32,000 nucleotides of DNA from Methanosphaera stadtmanae DSM 3091 (lineage in GTDB: Archaea > Methanobacteriota > Methanobacteria > Methanobacteriales > Methanobacteriaceae): positions 1,260,001 through 1,292,000 of the forward strand of contig NC_007681.1 of assembly GCF_000012545.1 (NCBI RefSeq), given 5' to 3'. Of the stretch, positions 1-9,755 are shown in pieces (position 1 is the first letter of the stretch; each line of letters begins with the position of its first letter). A program made the translations under genes and the position numbers. The notes beneath the pieces were generated by a model. The model ran no database searches. It was given only the letters and a program-made list of their open reading frames with translations, and had not been told where the DNA came from.

Positions 1-2
1 AA

Positions 3-125
3 GAAACCACACCATTAGATACCAAACCTGAAGAGATTCAAAGTAGTGGTTCTGGATACCAGGAAAGAGGTAAAGTATACCAAGACCCAAGTACTGGAAA
101 ACTAGTTCTGGTTAAATCATCATGA
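3..125 (+). CDS. 3' end of an unidentified CDS truncated by the window edge
   Basis: Frame 3 is open from base 3 (ETTPLDTKPEEIQSSGSGYQERGKVYQDPSTGKLVLVKSS) to TGA at 123-125. It is less AT-rich than the spacer that follows. No family recognised. Confidence 0.35.
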   Translation, partial: ETTPLDTKPEEIQSSGSGYQERGKVYQDPSTGKLVLVKSS

Positions 126-947
126 AAAGAAAATACTATTTTTTGGATATGAATAGGACTTTCCTATTCAATATTTTTATATTATAAATAGATGATGAAA
201 TATTAAGTGTATATGTTATTTTTAAGAATAAATTTATTTTATAGAGGATTGATTAAAATGAAAGAGAGTAAATTAAGAACTTCAAAGAAAATTAATAGAA
301 ATTCTAATTATTTTACTAAAGAAAAACAAATAATAAGTATCATACTAAAATTATTGATAATATTTGTTTTAATTACAATTACAATAAATCTTATTAATTA
401 TATAAATATTTTACTAAACTAGAAAAATACTGTAATTTGTATAATAACATATATATTAAATAGTTACTTTTTCAAAAAATAATAAAACTTAGTTTAATAA
501 TGAACAATGACTTAAATAATCTCCAAAAACTTAAAATAAATATACTTATTTTATAATATTTTTATTAATTATTTAAAGTAAATGATACTTTAATACAAAG
601 TATCATACAACCTTCAAGATATTTTTCAAATATTGACTTATCCTTATATAAACCACCAAAATAAACAATAAAATTAGAAAAATAGGTTTTTTTAACAAAC
701 ACCTGACATAAACTAAAGAAAATAAAAAATAGTTTTAAAAAATATACAACACTCATAATAAATAGAATTTATTCTTATTTTTTTAAAAATAACAAAGTAA
801 AACAATAAAATAAAGTAAAATTTATATTAAATTTATAAAAGTTAAATAGTTTAGTGAATAAATATATCAATTATCATGAATTATCTTGATATGAAAAAAT
901 TATCTTAAATTAAGATATTTGTGAAAAGTAACAATAAAGGTGAAAAA

Positions 948-3900
948 ATGAAGACCATAAATAAATTTCTATTGGCAACAATAGTTTTATTAATGGTTGG
1001 CTTAGGTTGTGCAGCTGCTGCAGATAGTTCAAGTAATTCAACTATAGCAACTGTACATGAAACTTCAAGCCTAAGTGGTGATATCCAAAGTAGTTCAATA
1101 GAACCTACTTTAACAAAGGATATTCAAACAACTAATAAAGATAATATAAAAGAAAAAACTTCAGATAGTAGTACCAAAAGTATTCAAACAAAGGATACGC
1201 AAAAGAAAACTACATCTAACAGTTTTTCAAAAGATGTAACAAATAAAAATACACAAGTATCTAAAAATGTAGAAAAAGATACTAAAATCATAGAAACAAC
1301 GAAAAAAGAATCTAATACACAACCAACAAAAACAGTGAAAAAAGCAACAGTTACAACAATAACTCCCGATGACTATGATTTATATTTCAGATATAATCCT
1401 AAAACTAATAAAACAGAATCTACAACACTTGTATCTGCAGGAGATGTGTTAGATTTACAGGGAACATTTAAAAATGTTAACTTCACAATAGATAAATCTA
1501 AAATAACAATAACAAGTATTGGTAAAACTGCAAAGTTATACAACTGTACAGTAAATGTTTTAGGACTTCAAAGTGCAGGTTCATCTGTACATAACCTAAC
1601 AATTACTAATAACAACTATTATGGTAGTGGAATCTACTTAAATGTTACAAAAAATATTCTTGTAGCTAACAACACCATACATGTATGGGGACCATTTGCA
1701 TTTGCTCTACCATGTGATAGAGTAAATAATAGTTTAGTTATTGATAATTATCTTGAAACATCATGCCGTGAAGATACAAATCGTACACACACAGCAACAC
1801 CATGGGGATTATCCTACTATAACAACATAGTAAACAACACCGTAGTAAGTGACCAAGCAAATGGTATTTACTTCAGTTTATGGGGATCAGGATTATTCCA
1901 AGGAGGATACTGTGATTACAACAATGTAACAGGTAATGATGTTACAGGAGGAGATACTTCCTGGAGTTACACCATACAAATTATGGGTACAGGTAACATC
2001 ATATCCTACAACAATGTTAGAGGTGGATATAGAGGAATATCTACACAAGACTTTACAAACAACACCATTATATTCAATGAAGTAAATGGTACAGCACAAG
2101 GTATTTTTGCTTGTGAAGGAGCTATAGTAGCTAACAACACTGTACATGTAAATGGTACAACTACTGGTGTTGAAGTTGGTGGAGATGGAGCAATTATTGA
2201 AAATAACACTATAACATCCAATTCTGGATCAGCTCTTGTAATTAGTGCAAGTAATATTAATATTAAGAACAATTACTTATGGTCCACATTAGGTTATGGT
2301 ATATACTCAAAAGGTAAATACATTAACCTCAACATTTCAGACAACACCATTATCAGTGGAAAAATAGGAATTCTCTTTAGAAAACAATCCTCAAGTAAAA
2401 AAATAAACTATGTAAACGTGACTAAAAATGTAATTAAATCAGATGGCGAATATGCTATTGACTTTAGTGAAGCTGGAGCAAGAAATGAAGTAGATGTACA
2501 CATACTCGTTTCAGAATCAAATGTATTGACTTCAAAAGCAGGAACTGGTCTTGAAAAAGCATATCTTCCACCTTCAGTAGGAGGAGGAGACGACCTACCT
2601 GACTCTAATAAAACATACACAGTAACAGATAGTACTTATTACACATACTTCACAGATGAACAATCAATAAACACGAAAAAAGTACTTAAAAATGATACTA
2701 TTATATTAAAAGGTGAATTTAAAAATAAAAACTTCACATTTACACAAAAAACCCATGTTATTGGAGATAATTGTATAATACGTAATGGTACAATAACATT
2801 CACAGGTGATGCTTCTGCATCTACATTAAAAAATGTTAAAATCATAAACTATGATAAAAATAGTTTAAATAGACATGGAGTTGAGGTTATTGATGTAAAC
2901 AACGTTGTAATAAACAATGTAAATATTAATAACTATGATCCATGGGAAAGCTTTGGTATATTCATATGTTCATCAAATGGTAATACACTTACAAACAATG
3001 TAATTTACACCTCTGGTGACTATGTAAATTATGGAATATTTGTTTATGCATCAGACTTAAATAATTTAAGTAAAAACCGCGTAACACTAAATCAAAGTAG
3101 TAAACCTATAGAGTATGCTGATGAAATAATGTTCAATGATAGAATAGGACTTATTAAAGAAGTACTTCATAACTATGGAATAATTCTTATGTATTCATCA
3201 TACAACACAGTAGATCAAAACATTGTAAATGGTACATCACAATTTAAAACATACCAATTCCCAGTAGAAGAATGTAAAAACAGTATTGTGGGAATTGATG
3301 TATACTATGATAGTAATTACAATACAATTACAAGAAACAACGTTACAATAAACAGTTATGGACCATATGAATATGGAATGGGAGTATTAGGAGCACCATG
3401 GGGAACAGCAATCTCTACATTAAATGCTACAAATAACACATTTGCACATAACAATGTACGTGTAAATGGTGGATACTTTGCTACAGGTTTCATTGCTGGT
3501 CTTAACAGTATAAACACAACCATATATAACAATACATTTGATGTACATGCCCTACATAACAGTACACAAAAAGGTGATTATACATATGGTTTAACACTTG
3601 AAAGTTGTACTAATACCACATTTATAAATAACACAATAAATGCTTCAGCTGCATCATTATACACTGTAGAATTATTTGGTACTAAAAAAAATATTATAAC
3701 AAATAATTACTTCTATGGAGAAGCAACAAATCCATATGGAATTGCAGGATATCAATCTAGTGATAATACAATAACAAACAACACCATAATTATGAGACAA
3801 TTTAATTATGGACCAACCAGTTCTGCTCTACATGCTGATGTTATACCATATGGTAAAGAAGGTATAATGTTAATGAAAGACAGTTACAGAAACAAAATAA

Positions 3901-6713
3901 TGTACAATACAATCAATACCAATGCTACAGAATATGCAGTAAAACTAACAGAACAAGCAATTAACACAACTGTCAAAGAAAATTCAATAATATCTTCAAA
4001 ATATCATGGAGATGATGCTGTATCTAATGGACATAAAACAAATATTGTATCAAATAACTTCAAATACTTCACAAATATAACAGCATATCCATCAACAGGT
4101 ACAGTTGGATATCCTATTACAATTAAAGCAAAAGTAACTTCAACTACAAGTGATGTTTCAAATTTAACAGTAACATTTAGAATTGGATTAACACAACTTG
4201 GTAGTGCTAAAGTTAACAATGGAATTGCACAAATTACTGTAAATTCAACTAGTTTCCTTAAACCTACTATATATACCTTGATTGCAACTGTTGGTGGAAC
4301 TAACTTCCAAAATGCAACTTCCACATCCCAATTATCCTTAAACAAAACAATGTCATCAAGTACAGTTACTGTTTCAAAAGTTAATGGATTAATAGGATCT
4401 AAGGTAAATATGGATGTAGATGTAACTGATTCCAATGGTGCTAAGTTAGAAGGAAATGTTACATTTAAACTTGAAAATACTGTATTATCCACTATGAAAC
4501 TCACTCTTGGAAGAGCAACATACACCTACACCATACCTGCAAATGCAAAAAGTGGTGTATATACAATTACAGTATTATATAGTGGAGATGAAAACCATAA
4601 TGCCGGTGTTGGAACTAATACTTTAGGTATTCAAACAAAAACAATTGCAACAGTAAGTAGTGTTAATGGTAAAATTGGAAATCCAACAAAATTCACTGCA
4701 AAATTAACATCAAATGGTGTTCCATTAACTAATGGAAAAGTAACATTCCTTGTAGATAACGTTGTTGCTGGTACAAGTAATATAAACAAAGGTGTAGCTA
4801 CATATAACTATGTTGTACCTACAAACTTCACTGCTAAAAATTATACTATAACAGTAAAATACGATGGAAATGATACATTAACATCTGCTAGTGCAAGTAA
4901 TAAATTAGTTGTAACCAAATCAATAAGTAAAATAACATATACTCCAGTAGCAGTTGTTGTTAGTGATGATGTTGTTTTAACAGTGAAAGTAACTAATAGA
5001 ACTAATGGACTTGTTGCAAAAAGTGGAAGAGTAAGTATTAAACTTAATAATAATTACTTAAAATATAGTAATGGTTCCATAATATATGGAAATGTAAATA
5101 AAGAAGGTAATGCTATATTTACATTCACAGCACCAGCACAGTACAGTGGTTTAAATAATATTACATTCTACTATGAAGGTAATGATCAATTCCTTGCAAG
5201 TTCACAAAAATATACCAATGGATTTATTGTAAGAAATCCTTCAAAAATCACAGTAAGAGAATCTGCAGGTAAAATAGGTAATACTGCAACACTTAAAGCA
5301 ATAGTAACAGATGATAGAAACATGGGTATAGCAAAAGGACAAGTAACCTTTAAAATAAATAATCAAGTTATAAAAACAGTGAATATTGACAAAGGAATTG
5401 CAACAATAAAATACAACATACCTACAACATTTAAAGCAGGAACTTATAAGATATCTGCTGTTTATAACTTCAATAAAATATCCATACAAAATACAAGTAA
5501 ACTTACTGTACAAAAAGTGATAAGTAAAATATCATACACCCCTACAACTCAAGTTGTTGGTGATAAAGCTATTTTAAAAATCAAAGTAACAAATAGAACT
5601 AATGGATTCACTGCTAAAAATGGAAACATATCCATTATGATTAACAAGGAAACATTAAGAAATAGTGATAACAGTGTAAAAATTGCAAAAGTAGGTGCAG
5701 ATGGTTATGCTACATATGTATTTACTATTCCTAAGAAATTTATTGGAGTAAATAACATTACAATTAAATATTCTGGTGATGATCAATTCCTTGCAAGTCA
5801 AACAACTATTAAAAACGGATTTATTGTAAGAAATCCTTCAAAAATCACAGTAAGAGAATCTGCAGGTAAAATAGGTAATACTGCAACACTTAAAGCAATA
5901 GTAACAGATGATAGAAACATGGGTATAGCAAAAGGACAAGTAACCTTTAAAATAAATAATCAAGTTATAAAAACAGTGAATATTGACAAAGGAATTGCAA
6001 CAATAAAATACAACATACCTACAACATTTAAAGCAGGAACTTATAAGATATCTGCTGTTTATAACTTCAATAAAATATCCATACAAAATACAAGTAAACT
6101 TACTGTACAAAAAGTGATAAGTAAAATATCATACACCCCTACAACTCAAGTTGTTGGTGATAAAGCTATTTTAAAAATCAAAGTAACAAATAGAACTAAT
6201 GGATTCACTGCTAAAAATGGAAACATATCCATTATGATTAACAAGGAAACATTAAGAAATAGTGATAACAGTGTAAAAATTGCAAAAGTAGGTGCAGATG
6301 GTTATGCTACATATGTATTTACTATTCCTAAGAAATTTATTGGAGTAAATAACATTACAATTAAATATTCTGGTGATGATCAATTCCTTGCAAGTCAAAC
6401 AACTATTAAAAACGGTTTTATTGTAAGAAATCCTTCAAAAGTTGTTGTAAGAAACGCTGTTGGTAAAGTAGGTTCTACTGTAACATTAAATGCTACAGTA
6501 ATAGATGATAAAAAAATAGTTATACTTAAAGGACAAGTAACTTTCAAAGTAAACAATCAAATTGTAAAAACAGTTAATATAACAAATGGAACAGCAACCA
6601 CACCATACACTATTCCAAAAACTTTTAATACAGGAAACTATACAATAAATGCAGTTTACACACTTAACAGTATAAAATTAGAAAATAATGGAACTCTCAC
6701 CGTTAAAACATGA
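948..6713 (+). CDS. Giant secreted Asn/Thr-rich adhesin-like protein (two parallel beta-helix blocks plus a C-terminal array of about 9 Ig-like domains)
   Basis: The ORF is open from 921, but ATG 948 is preceded by GGTGA (939-943) and yields a signal peptide, MKTINKFLLATIVLLMVGLGCAAAAD. This is followed by an S/T/K-rich linker. The beta-helix region shows periodic NNT(I/V)/NN(Y/F) coils typical of PbH1-type right-handed beta-helices. From about residue 1040 there are repeated domains of about 95-100 aa with the pattern G..V.L.A.V....G..V..G.V.F.(V/I)N......V..G.A...Y.IP.....G.Y.I...Y. Confidence 0.88.
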   Translation: MKTINKFLLATIVLLMVGLGCAAAADSSSNSTIATVHETSSLSGDIQSSSIEPTLTKDIQTTNKDNIKEKTSDSSTKSIQTKDTQKKTTSNSFSKDVTNKNTQVSKNVEKDTKIIETTKKESNTQPTKTVKKATVTTITPDDYDLYFRYNPKTNKTESTTLVSAGDVLDLQGTFKNVNFTIDKSKITITSIGKTAKLYNCTVNVLGLQSAGSSVHNLTITNNNYYGSGIYLNVTKNILVANNTIHVWGPFAFALPCDRVNNSLVIDNYLETSCREDTNRTHTATPWGLSYYNNIVNNTVVSDQANGIYFSLWGSGLFQGGYCDYNNVTGNDVTGGDTSWSYTIQIMGTGNIISYNNVRGGYRGISTQDFTNNTIIFNEVNGTAQGIFACEGAIVANNTVHVNGTTTGVEVGGDGAIIENNTITSNSGSALVISASNINIKNNYLWSTLGYGIYSKGKYINLNISDNTIISGKIGILFRKQSSSKKINYVNVTKNVIKSDGEYAIDFSEAGARNEVDVHILVSESNVLTSKAGTGLEKAYLPPSVGGGDDLPDSNKTYTVTDSTYYTYFTDEQSINTKKVLKNDTIILKGEFKNKNFTFTQKTHVIGDNCIIRNGTITFTGDASASTLKNVKIINYDKNSLNRHGVEVIDVNNVVINNVNINNYDPWESFGIFICSSNGNTLTNNVIYTSGDYVNYGIFVYASDLNNLSKNRVTLNQSSKPIEYADEIMFNDRIGLIKEVLHNYGIILMYSSYNTVDQNIVNGTSQFKTYQFPVEECKNSIVGIDVYYDSNYNTITRNNVTINSYGPYEYGMGVLGAPWGTAISTLNATNNTFAHNNVRVNGGYFATGFIAGLNSINTTIYNNTFDVHALHNSTQKGDYTYGLTLESCTNTTFINNTINASAASLYTVELFGTKKNIITNNYFYGEATNPYGIAGYQSSDNTITNNTIIMRQFNYGPTSSALHADVIPYGKEGIMLMKDSYRNKIMYNTINTNATEYAVKLTEQAINTTVKENSIISSKYHGDDAVSNGHKTNIVSNNFKYFTNITAYPSTGTVGYPITIKAKVTSTTSDVSNLTVTFRIGLTQLGSAKVNNGIAQITVNSTSFLKPTIYTLIATVGGTNFQNATSTSQLSLNKTMSSSTVTVSKVNGLIGSKVNMDVDVTDSNGAKLEGNVTFKLENTVLSTMKLTLGRATYTYTIPANAKSGVYTITVLYSGDENHNAGVGTNTLGIQTKTIATVSSVNGKIGNPTKFTAKLTSNGVPLTNGKVTFLVDNVVAGTSNINKGVATYNYVVPTNFTAKNYTITVKYDGNDTLTSASASNKLVVTKSISKITYTPVAVVVSDDVVLTVKVTNRTNGLVAKSGRVSIKLNNNYLKYSNGSIIYGNVNKEGNAIFTFTAPAQYSGLNNITFYYEGNDQFLASSQKYTNGFIVRNPSKITVRESAGKIGNTATLKAIVTDDRNMGIAKGQVTFKINNQVIKTVNIDKGIATIKYNIPTTFKAGTYKISAVYNFNKISIQNTSKLTVQKVISKISYTPTTQVVGDKAILKIKVTNRTNGFTAKNGNISIMINKETLRNSDNSVKIAKVGADGYATYVFTIPKKFIGVNNITIKYSGDDQFLASQTTIKNGFIVRNPSKITVRESAGKIGNTATLKAIVTDDRNMGIAKGQVTFKINNQVIKTVNIDKGIATIKYNIPTTFKAGTYKISAVYNFNKISIQNTSKLTVQKVISKISYTPTTQVVGDKAILKIKVTNRTNGFTAKNGNISIMINKETLRNSDNSVKIAKVGADGYATYVFTIPKKFIGVNNITIKYSGDDQFLASQTTIKNGFIVRNPSKVVVRNAVGKVGSTVTLNATVIDDKKIVILKGQVTFKVNNQIVKTVNITNGTATTPYTIPKTFNTGNYTINAVYTLNSIKLENNGTLTVKT
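5220..6439 (+). repeat. Perfect in-frame tandem duplication, 597-bp unit (199 aa, two Ig-like domains), about 2.04 copies
   Basis: Bases 5220-5816 and 5817-6413 read identically base for base by eye. The identical antisense ORFs at 5241-5513 and 5838-6110 in the ORF track confirm the 597-bp offset. The junction sequence GGATTTATTGTAAGAAATCCTTCAAAA occurs at 5220 and 5817, and with one mismatch at 6414. Diverged copies of the two domains flank the array. Confidence 0.95.
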
Positions 6714-6773
6714 ACTATGCAAATAATAGGAAATTATTATATGAAATTATTATGATAATTTTCTTATTTTCTA

Positions 6774-6790
6774 TTTTTTATTTTTTTTTT
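6774..6790 (+). terminator. Oligo-T tract (T6 then T10), candidate archaeal intrinsic terminator
   Basis: ctaTTTTTTaTTTTTTTTTT lies about 60 nt after the stop at 6713. Archaeal RNAP terminates at T-runs. The AT-rich background lowers specificity. Confidence 0.35.
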
Positions 6791-6961
6791 AATGATACTA
6801 ATTCGTTATTAAAAATATTTTTCAAAATCATATTATAATAAAATATATTATTCATAAAAATTATAATAAATATTATATAATCAGGTATTTTTAATTAAAA
6901 TTAAATTATTTTGTTTATTTTTAAGTACTCGATTATATTTTAATAAAAAGGAGATTATACA

Positions 6962-9523
6962 ATGTATAATAAAAGAATTTGCATTCTTTTAGTAACTACA
7001 TTTATCATATTACTTGCAGGATTCACTGCTATTTCTGCAGCAGATGTAAATGATACTTCTGTAGATACTAGCTCCCTATCATCTACTACACAAGTAGACA
7101 AAAGCCCTGTTTTAACTACTGTGGCTGATAATGATAATAATATCAAAACAGATAGGGATGATGCAATAAAAACTCAACTAAAAACTACTAAAAAAGTAGA
7201 TACAGAATCTTATGTTACTACTAAAGACTCTACAAAAACAAAAAATACAAACAAAACTATTAAAACAGAAAACCCAACAATAACAGTAACAGATGGAAAT
7301 TATGGAAAATACTTTGATGATGATGGAACACGTAACATCAACCCCAATACCACAGTAATTTTAAATGGTGCATTCTACAATAAAACATTCATAATTGATC
7401 AGGAATTTATCACTTTAACAGGAAACAATGCAACATTACACAATGGACATATATATGTTACAGATATGGCAAGTAATTCCACAATTTCTAACCTAGTTAT
7501 TAATAGTACTGGTATGGAAAATGTTATTAACAACGAAGCATGGGATATTACAATAAAAAACAATAAAATTACACTTACAAATAGTGAAGGTATTACAGAA
7601 GGTATTACAAATAATGGAGATAATGTACTTATTGTAAATAACACTGTTGATGTATATGGTCCAGCTAAGGATATAGACTGGACTGGTGGACCCAGAGAAG
7701 GATTAGCTCTAACCTTTGCAATATTCAATGATGGTGGAAATAATGTTATAATTGAAAATAACACTGCAAGAAGTGGAAGATCAAAAGATGGTGAAGATAA
7801 CCCCTTTGGAACCATTGATGGTATTGAATTAAAAAGTGGAAATAATGTAACAGTATCAAACAACTACATAGAAGTAAGTGGAGCAAGATTTGTATATGGA
7901 CTTAATGCTTTATCTGAAGTTTATAATGTAGTTCTATCAAATAATACTATTAATGTTACAAGTGAAAGATATATTGCTGGTATACAAATAGGTAACTCTG
8001 CAAGAAATTGTAGTATTTTAGATAATAAAATCTATGGTGTATGTTACAATACAACAATATTCACACAAGATAATGAAGCACTTGCATTTGGTATTATCAC
8101 AACAAGTATGGGTGGAAGTGAATCTAGAAATATGACTGTAGCAGGAAATATAATGAATTTAAATGCTACAATTGTATATGGTATGGAAATTTATACAACA
8201 TATGATACTATCATTGATAAAAACTTAGTTAATGCTATAGGAAATTATAGTATGGGTATGAGTTTAGCTCATTCTCCAAATTCAATAGTAACTAACAATG
8301 TATTTAATACTACAGGAAATAGTAATATTCCTATTAATCCTATTGTAGAAGAAATTGCACCTGCAAATACAGGTATCCAAATACAACAAAATTCTACAAA
8401 TGCATACATAGCAAACAATATTGTTATAACTACAGATGCTGGTAACAATGCCAAAGCAGTGAATATTGAAACTACAAACAATGTAGCAATTATTAATAAC
8501 ACATTATTTGCTAATGGTAAAACTGGTGATGATGCTGTAAATGCATCTAGTAACCTAATAAATATTACAGTAAATGATAATCATGGACCTATTACCAAAT
8601 ATGATGCAATGGTTATATTAAATATTCCAAAAACAATTTCTACAGGAAGTACTTTAAATTTAAATTTCACTGTAAAAGATAAAGAAACTGAAAAATTAAT
8701 TAATGGTAAAGCTATAGTTAAAATCAATGGTGTAACATTAAAAGATGATGATGGTGAAATAATCAAACTTAATGTTGTAAATGGTATTGCTAATTTATCA
8801 TATATATTAAAAGGTTATAGTGCTAAAGAAGCAAAAGTAACTATAGTCTTTGCTAACAGCACATATAATAGAGCTGAAAGTACTGGTATGTTAAATATTA
8901 CTAAAACCAATGTTAAACTCGAAAGCAAAGATATGACAGTTTATACTGGTGAAACAATAACAATTAACCAAACATTATTTGATTCAAATAATAATCCAAT
9001 TTATGGAAATACAACTGTAGCAGTAAAAATTAATGGTGTAACTGTTAAAAATACTAAAATTGTTAATGGAAATTTATTAGTTAATATTACTGTTCCTTCA
9101 ATTAAAGCAGGAAAAAATGTTTTAACAATTATTCTTGGAGAAAATAATAGATATAATTCTGTTTCAGTAAATAGTACACTTACTGTTCTCAAACAAGATC
9201 CTGTAATTAAAATTGAAAAAATAACTGCAAAACCTGGAGAATATGTAACATTAAAAGCAACAATTGTTTCAAATGTTACTAAAACACCAGTTACTTCTGG
9301 TAATTATGTATTTAAAATTAATGGTATGACTGTTAATAATACTGATGAATATACCTTTGAACAAGTAACTGTTCAAAATATTACAAATGGAATTGCAACA
9401 CTTAGTACATATATGGATATTTCAGCTAATGATGGAGTCTATAATGTAACTGTTGTATATTCAGGTAATAATCATATTAACTCAGGAAGAAGTACTGAAA
9501 GTTGTTTAATAATAAAAGCTTAA
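6962..9523 (+). CDS. Secreted Asn/Thr-rich adhesin-like protein (beta-helix block plus about 3 C-terminal Ig-like domains)
   Basis: AGGAG at 6948-6952 precedes ATG 6962. The signal peptide ends in AISAADV. The module ITVTDGNYGKYFDDDG is followed by NN(T/V)-periodic beta-helix coils. The C-terminal repeats resemble those of the first adhesin. Confidence 0.88.
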   Translation: MYNKRICILLVTTFIILLAGFTAISAADVNDTSVDTSSLSSTTQVDKSPVLTTVADNDNNIKTDRDDAIKTQLKTTKKVDTESYVTTKDSTKTKNTNKTIKTENPTITVTDGNYGKYFDDDGTRNINPNTTVILNGAFYNKTFIIDQEFITLTGNNATLHNGHIYVTDMASNSTISNLVINSTGMENVINNEAWDITIKNNKITLTNSEGITEGITNNGDNVLIVNNTVDVYGPAKDIDWTGGPREGLALTFAIFNDGGNNVIIENNTARSGRSKDGEDNPFGTIDGIELKSGNNVTVSNNYIEVSGARFVYGLNALSEVYNVVLSNNTINVTSERYIAGIQIGNSARNCSILDNKIYGVCYNTTIFTQDNEALAFGIITTSMGGSESRNMTVAGNIMNLNATIVYGMEIYTTYDTIIDKNLVNAIGNYSMGMSLAHSPNSIVTNNVFNTTGNSNIPINPIVEEIAPANTGIQIQQNSTNAYIANNIVITTDAGNNAKAVNIETTNNVAIINNTLFANGKTGDDAVNASSNLINITVNDNHGPITKYDAMVILNIPKTISTGSTLNLNFTVKDKETEKLINGKAIVKINGVTLKDDDGEIIKLNVVNGIANLSYILKGYSAKEAKVTIVFANSTYNRAESTGMLNITKTNVKLESKDMTVYTGETITINQTLFDSNNNPIYGNTTVAVKINGVTVKNTKIVNGNLLVNITVPSIKAGKNVLTIILGENNRYNSVSVNSTLTVLKQDPVIKIEKITAKPGEYVTLKATIVSNVTKTPVTSGNYVFKINGMTVNNTDEYTFEQVTVQNITNGIATLSTYMDISANDGVYNVTVVYSGNNHINSGRSTESCLIIKA

Positions 9524-9528
9524 TATAC

Positions 9529-9550
9529 TTTTTTCTTTTTTATTTTTTTT
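9529..9550 (+). terminator. Oligo-T tracts, candidate terminator
   Basis: TTTTTTcTTTTTTaTTTTTTTT begins 6 nt after the stop at 9523. Confidence 0.35.
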
Positions 9551-9755
9551 AAAAAAAATAAATAAAACCTTAAACTTATTTTATAATCCTCAAAATACCA
9601 TAGAACTTTTTTTTAAATTTAAAAAAAACCAAAATTATATAAAGAATATAATACTAATTACTATTAGTGTATTCTTATTCAATATTTTTGAACTAAATTA
9701 ATGATTTTTTTAAGAATTGTTGAATACACTAACAAAAAAAAGAGAGTAATATGTG

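Noticed and set aside
207-756. Small ORFs 207-422 (+) and 565-756 (-) in the first AT-rich spacer
   Set aside because: No recognisable family and extreme AT-driven composition. An internal ATG at 258 with a GAGGA upstream could give a 54-aa single-TM peptide, but nothing else supports it. This is too weak to call.
1893-6110. Antisense ORFs inside the first adhesin gene (1893-2147, 2006-2272, 2408-2620, 2639-2845, 4004-4525, 5241-5513, 5838-6110)
   Set aside because: All lie opposite a long, well-supported CDS. They encode low-complexity Cys/Phe/Val/Leu-rich strings and have no RBS that I can see. The two identical 90-aa ORFs simply mirror the 597-bp duplication.
5220-6439. CRISPR array or DGR template/variable repeat pair as an explanation for the identical repeats
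   Set aside because: The units are 597 bp, contiguous with no spacers, and in-frame coding. The copies show no adenine-specific mismatches, and no reverse transcriptase or cas gene is present in the window.
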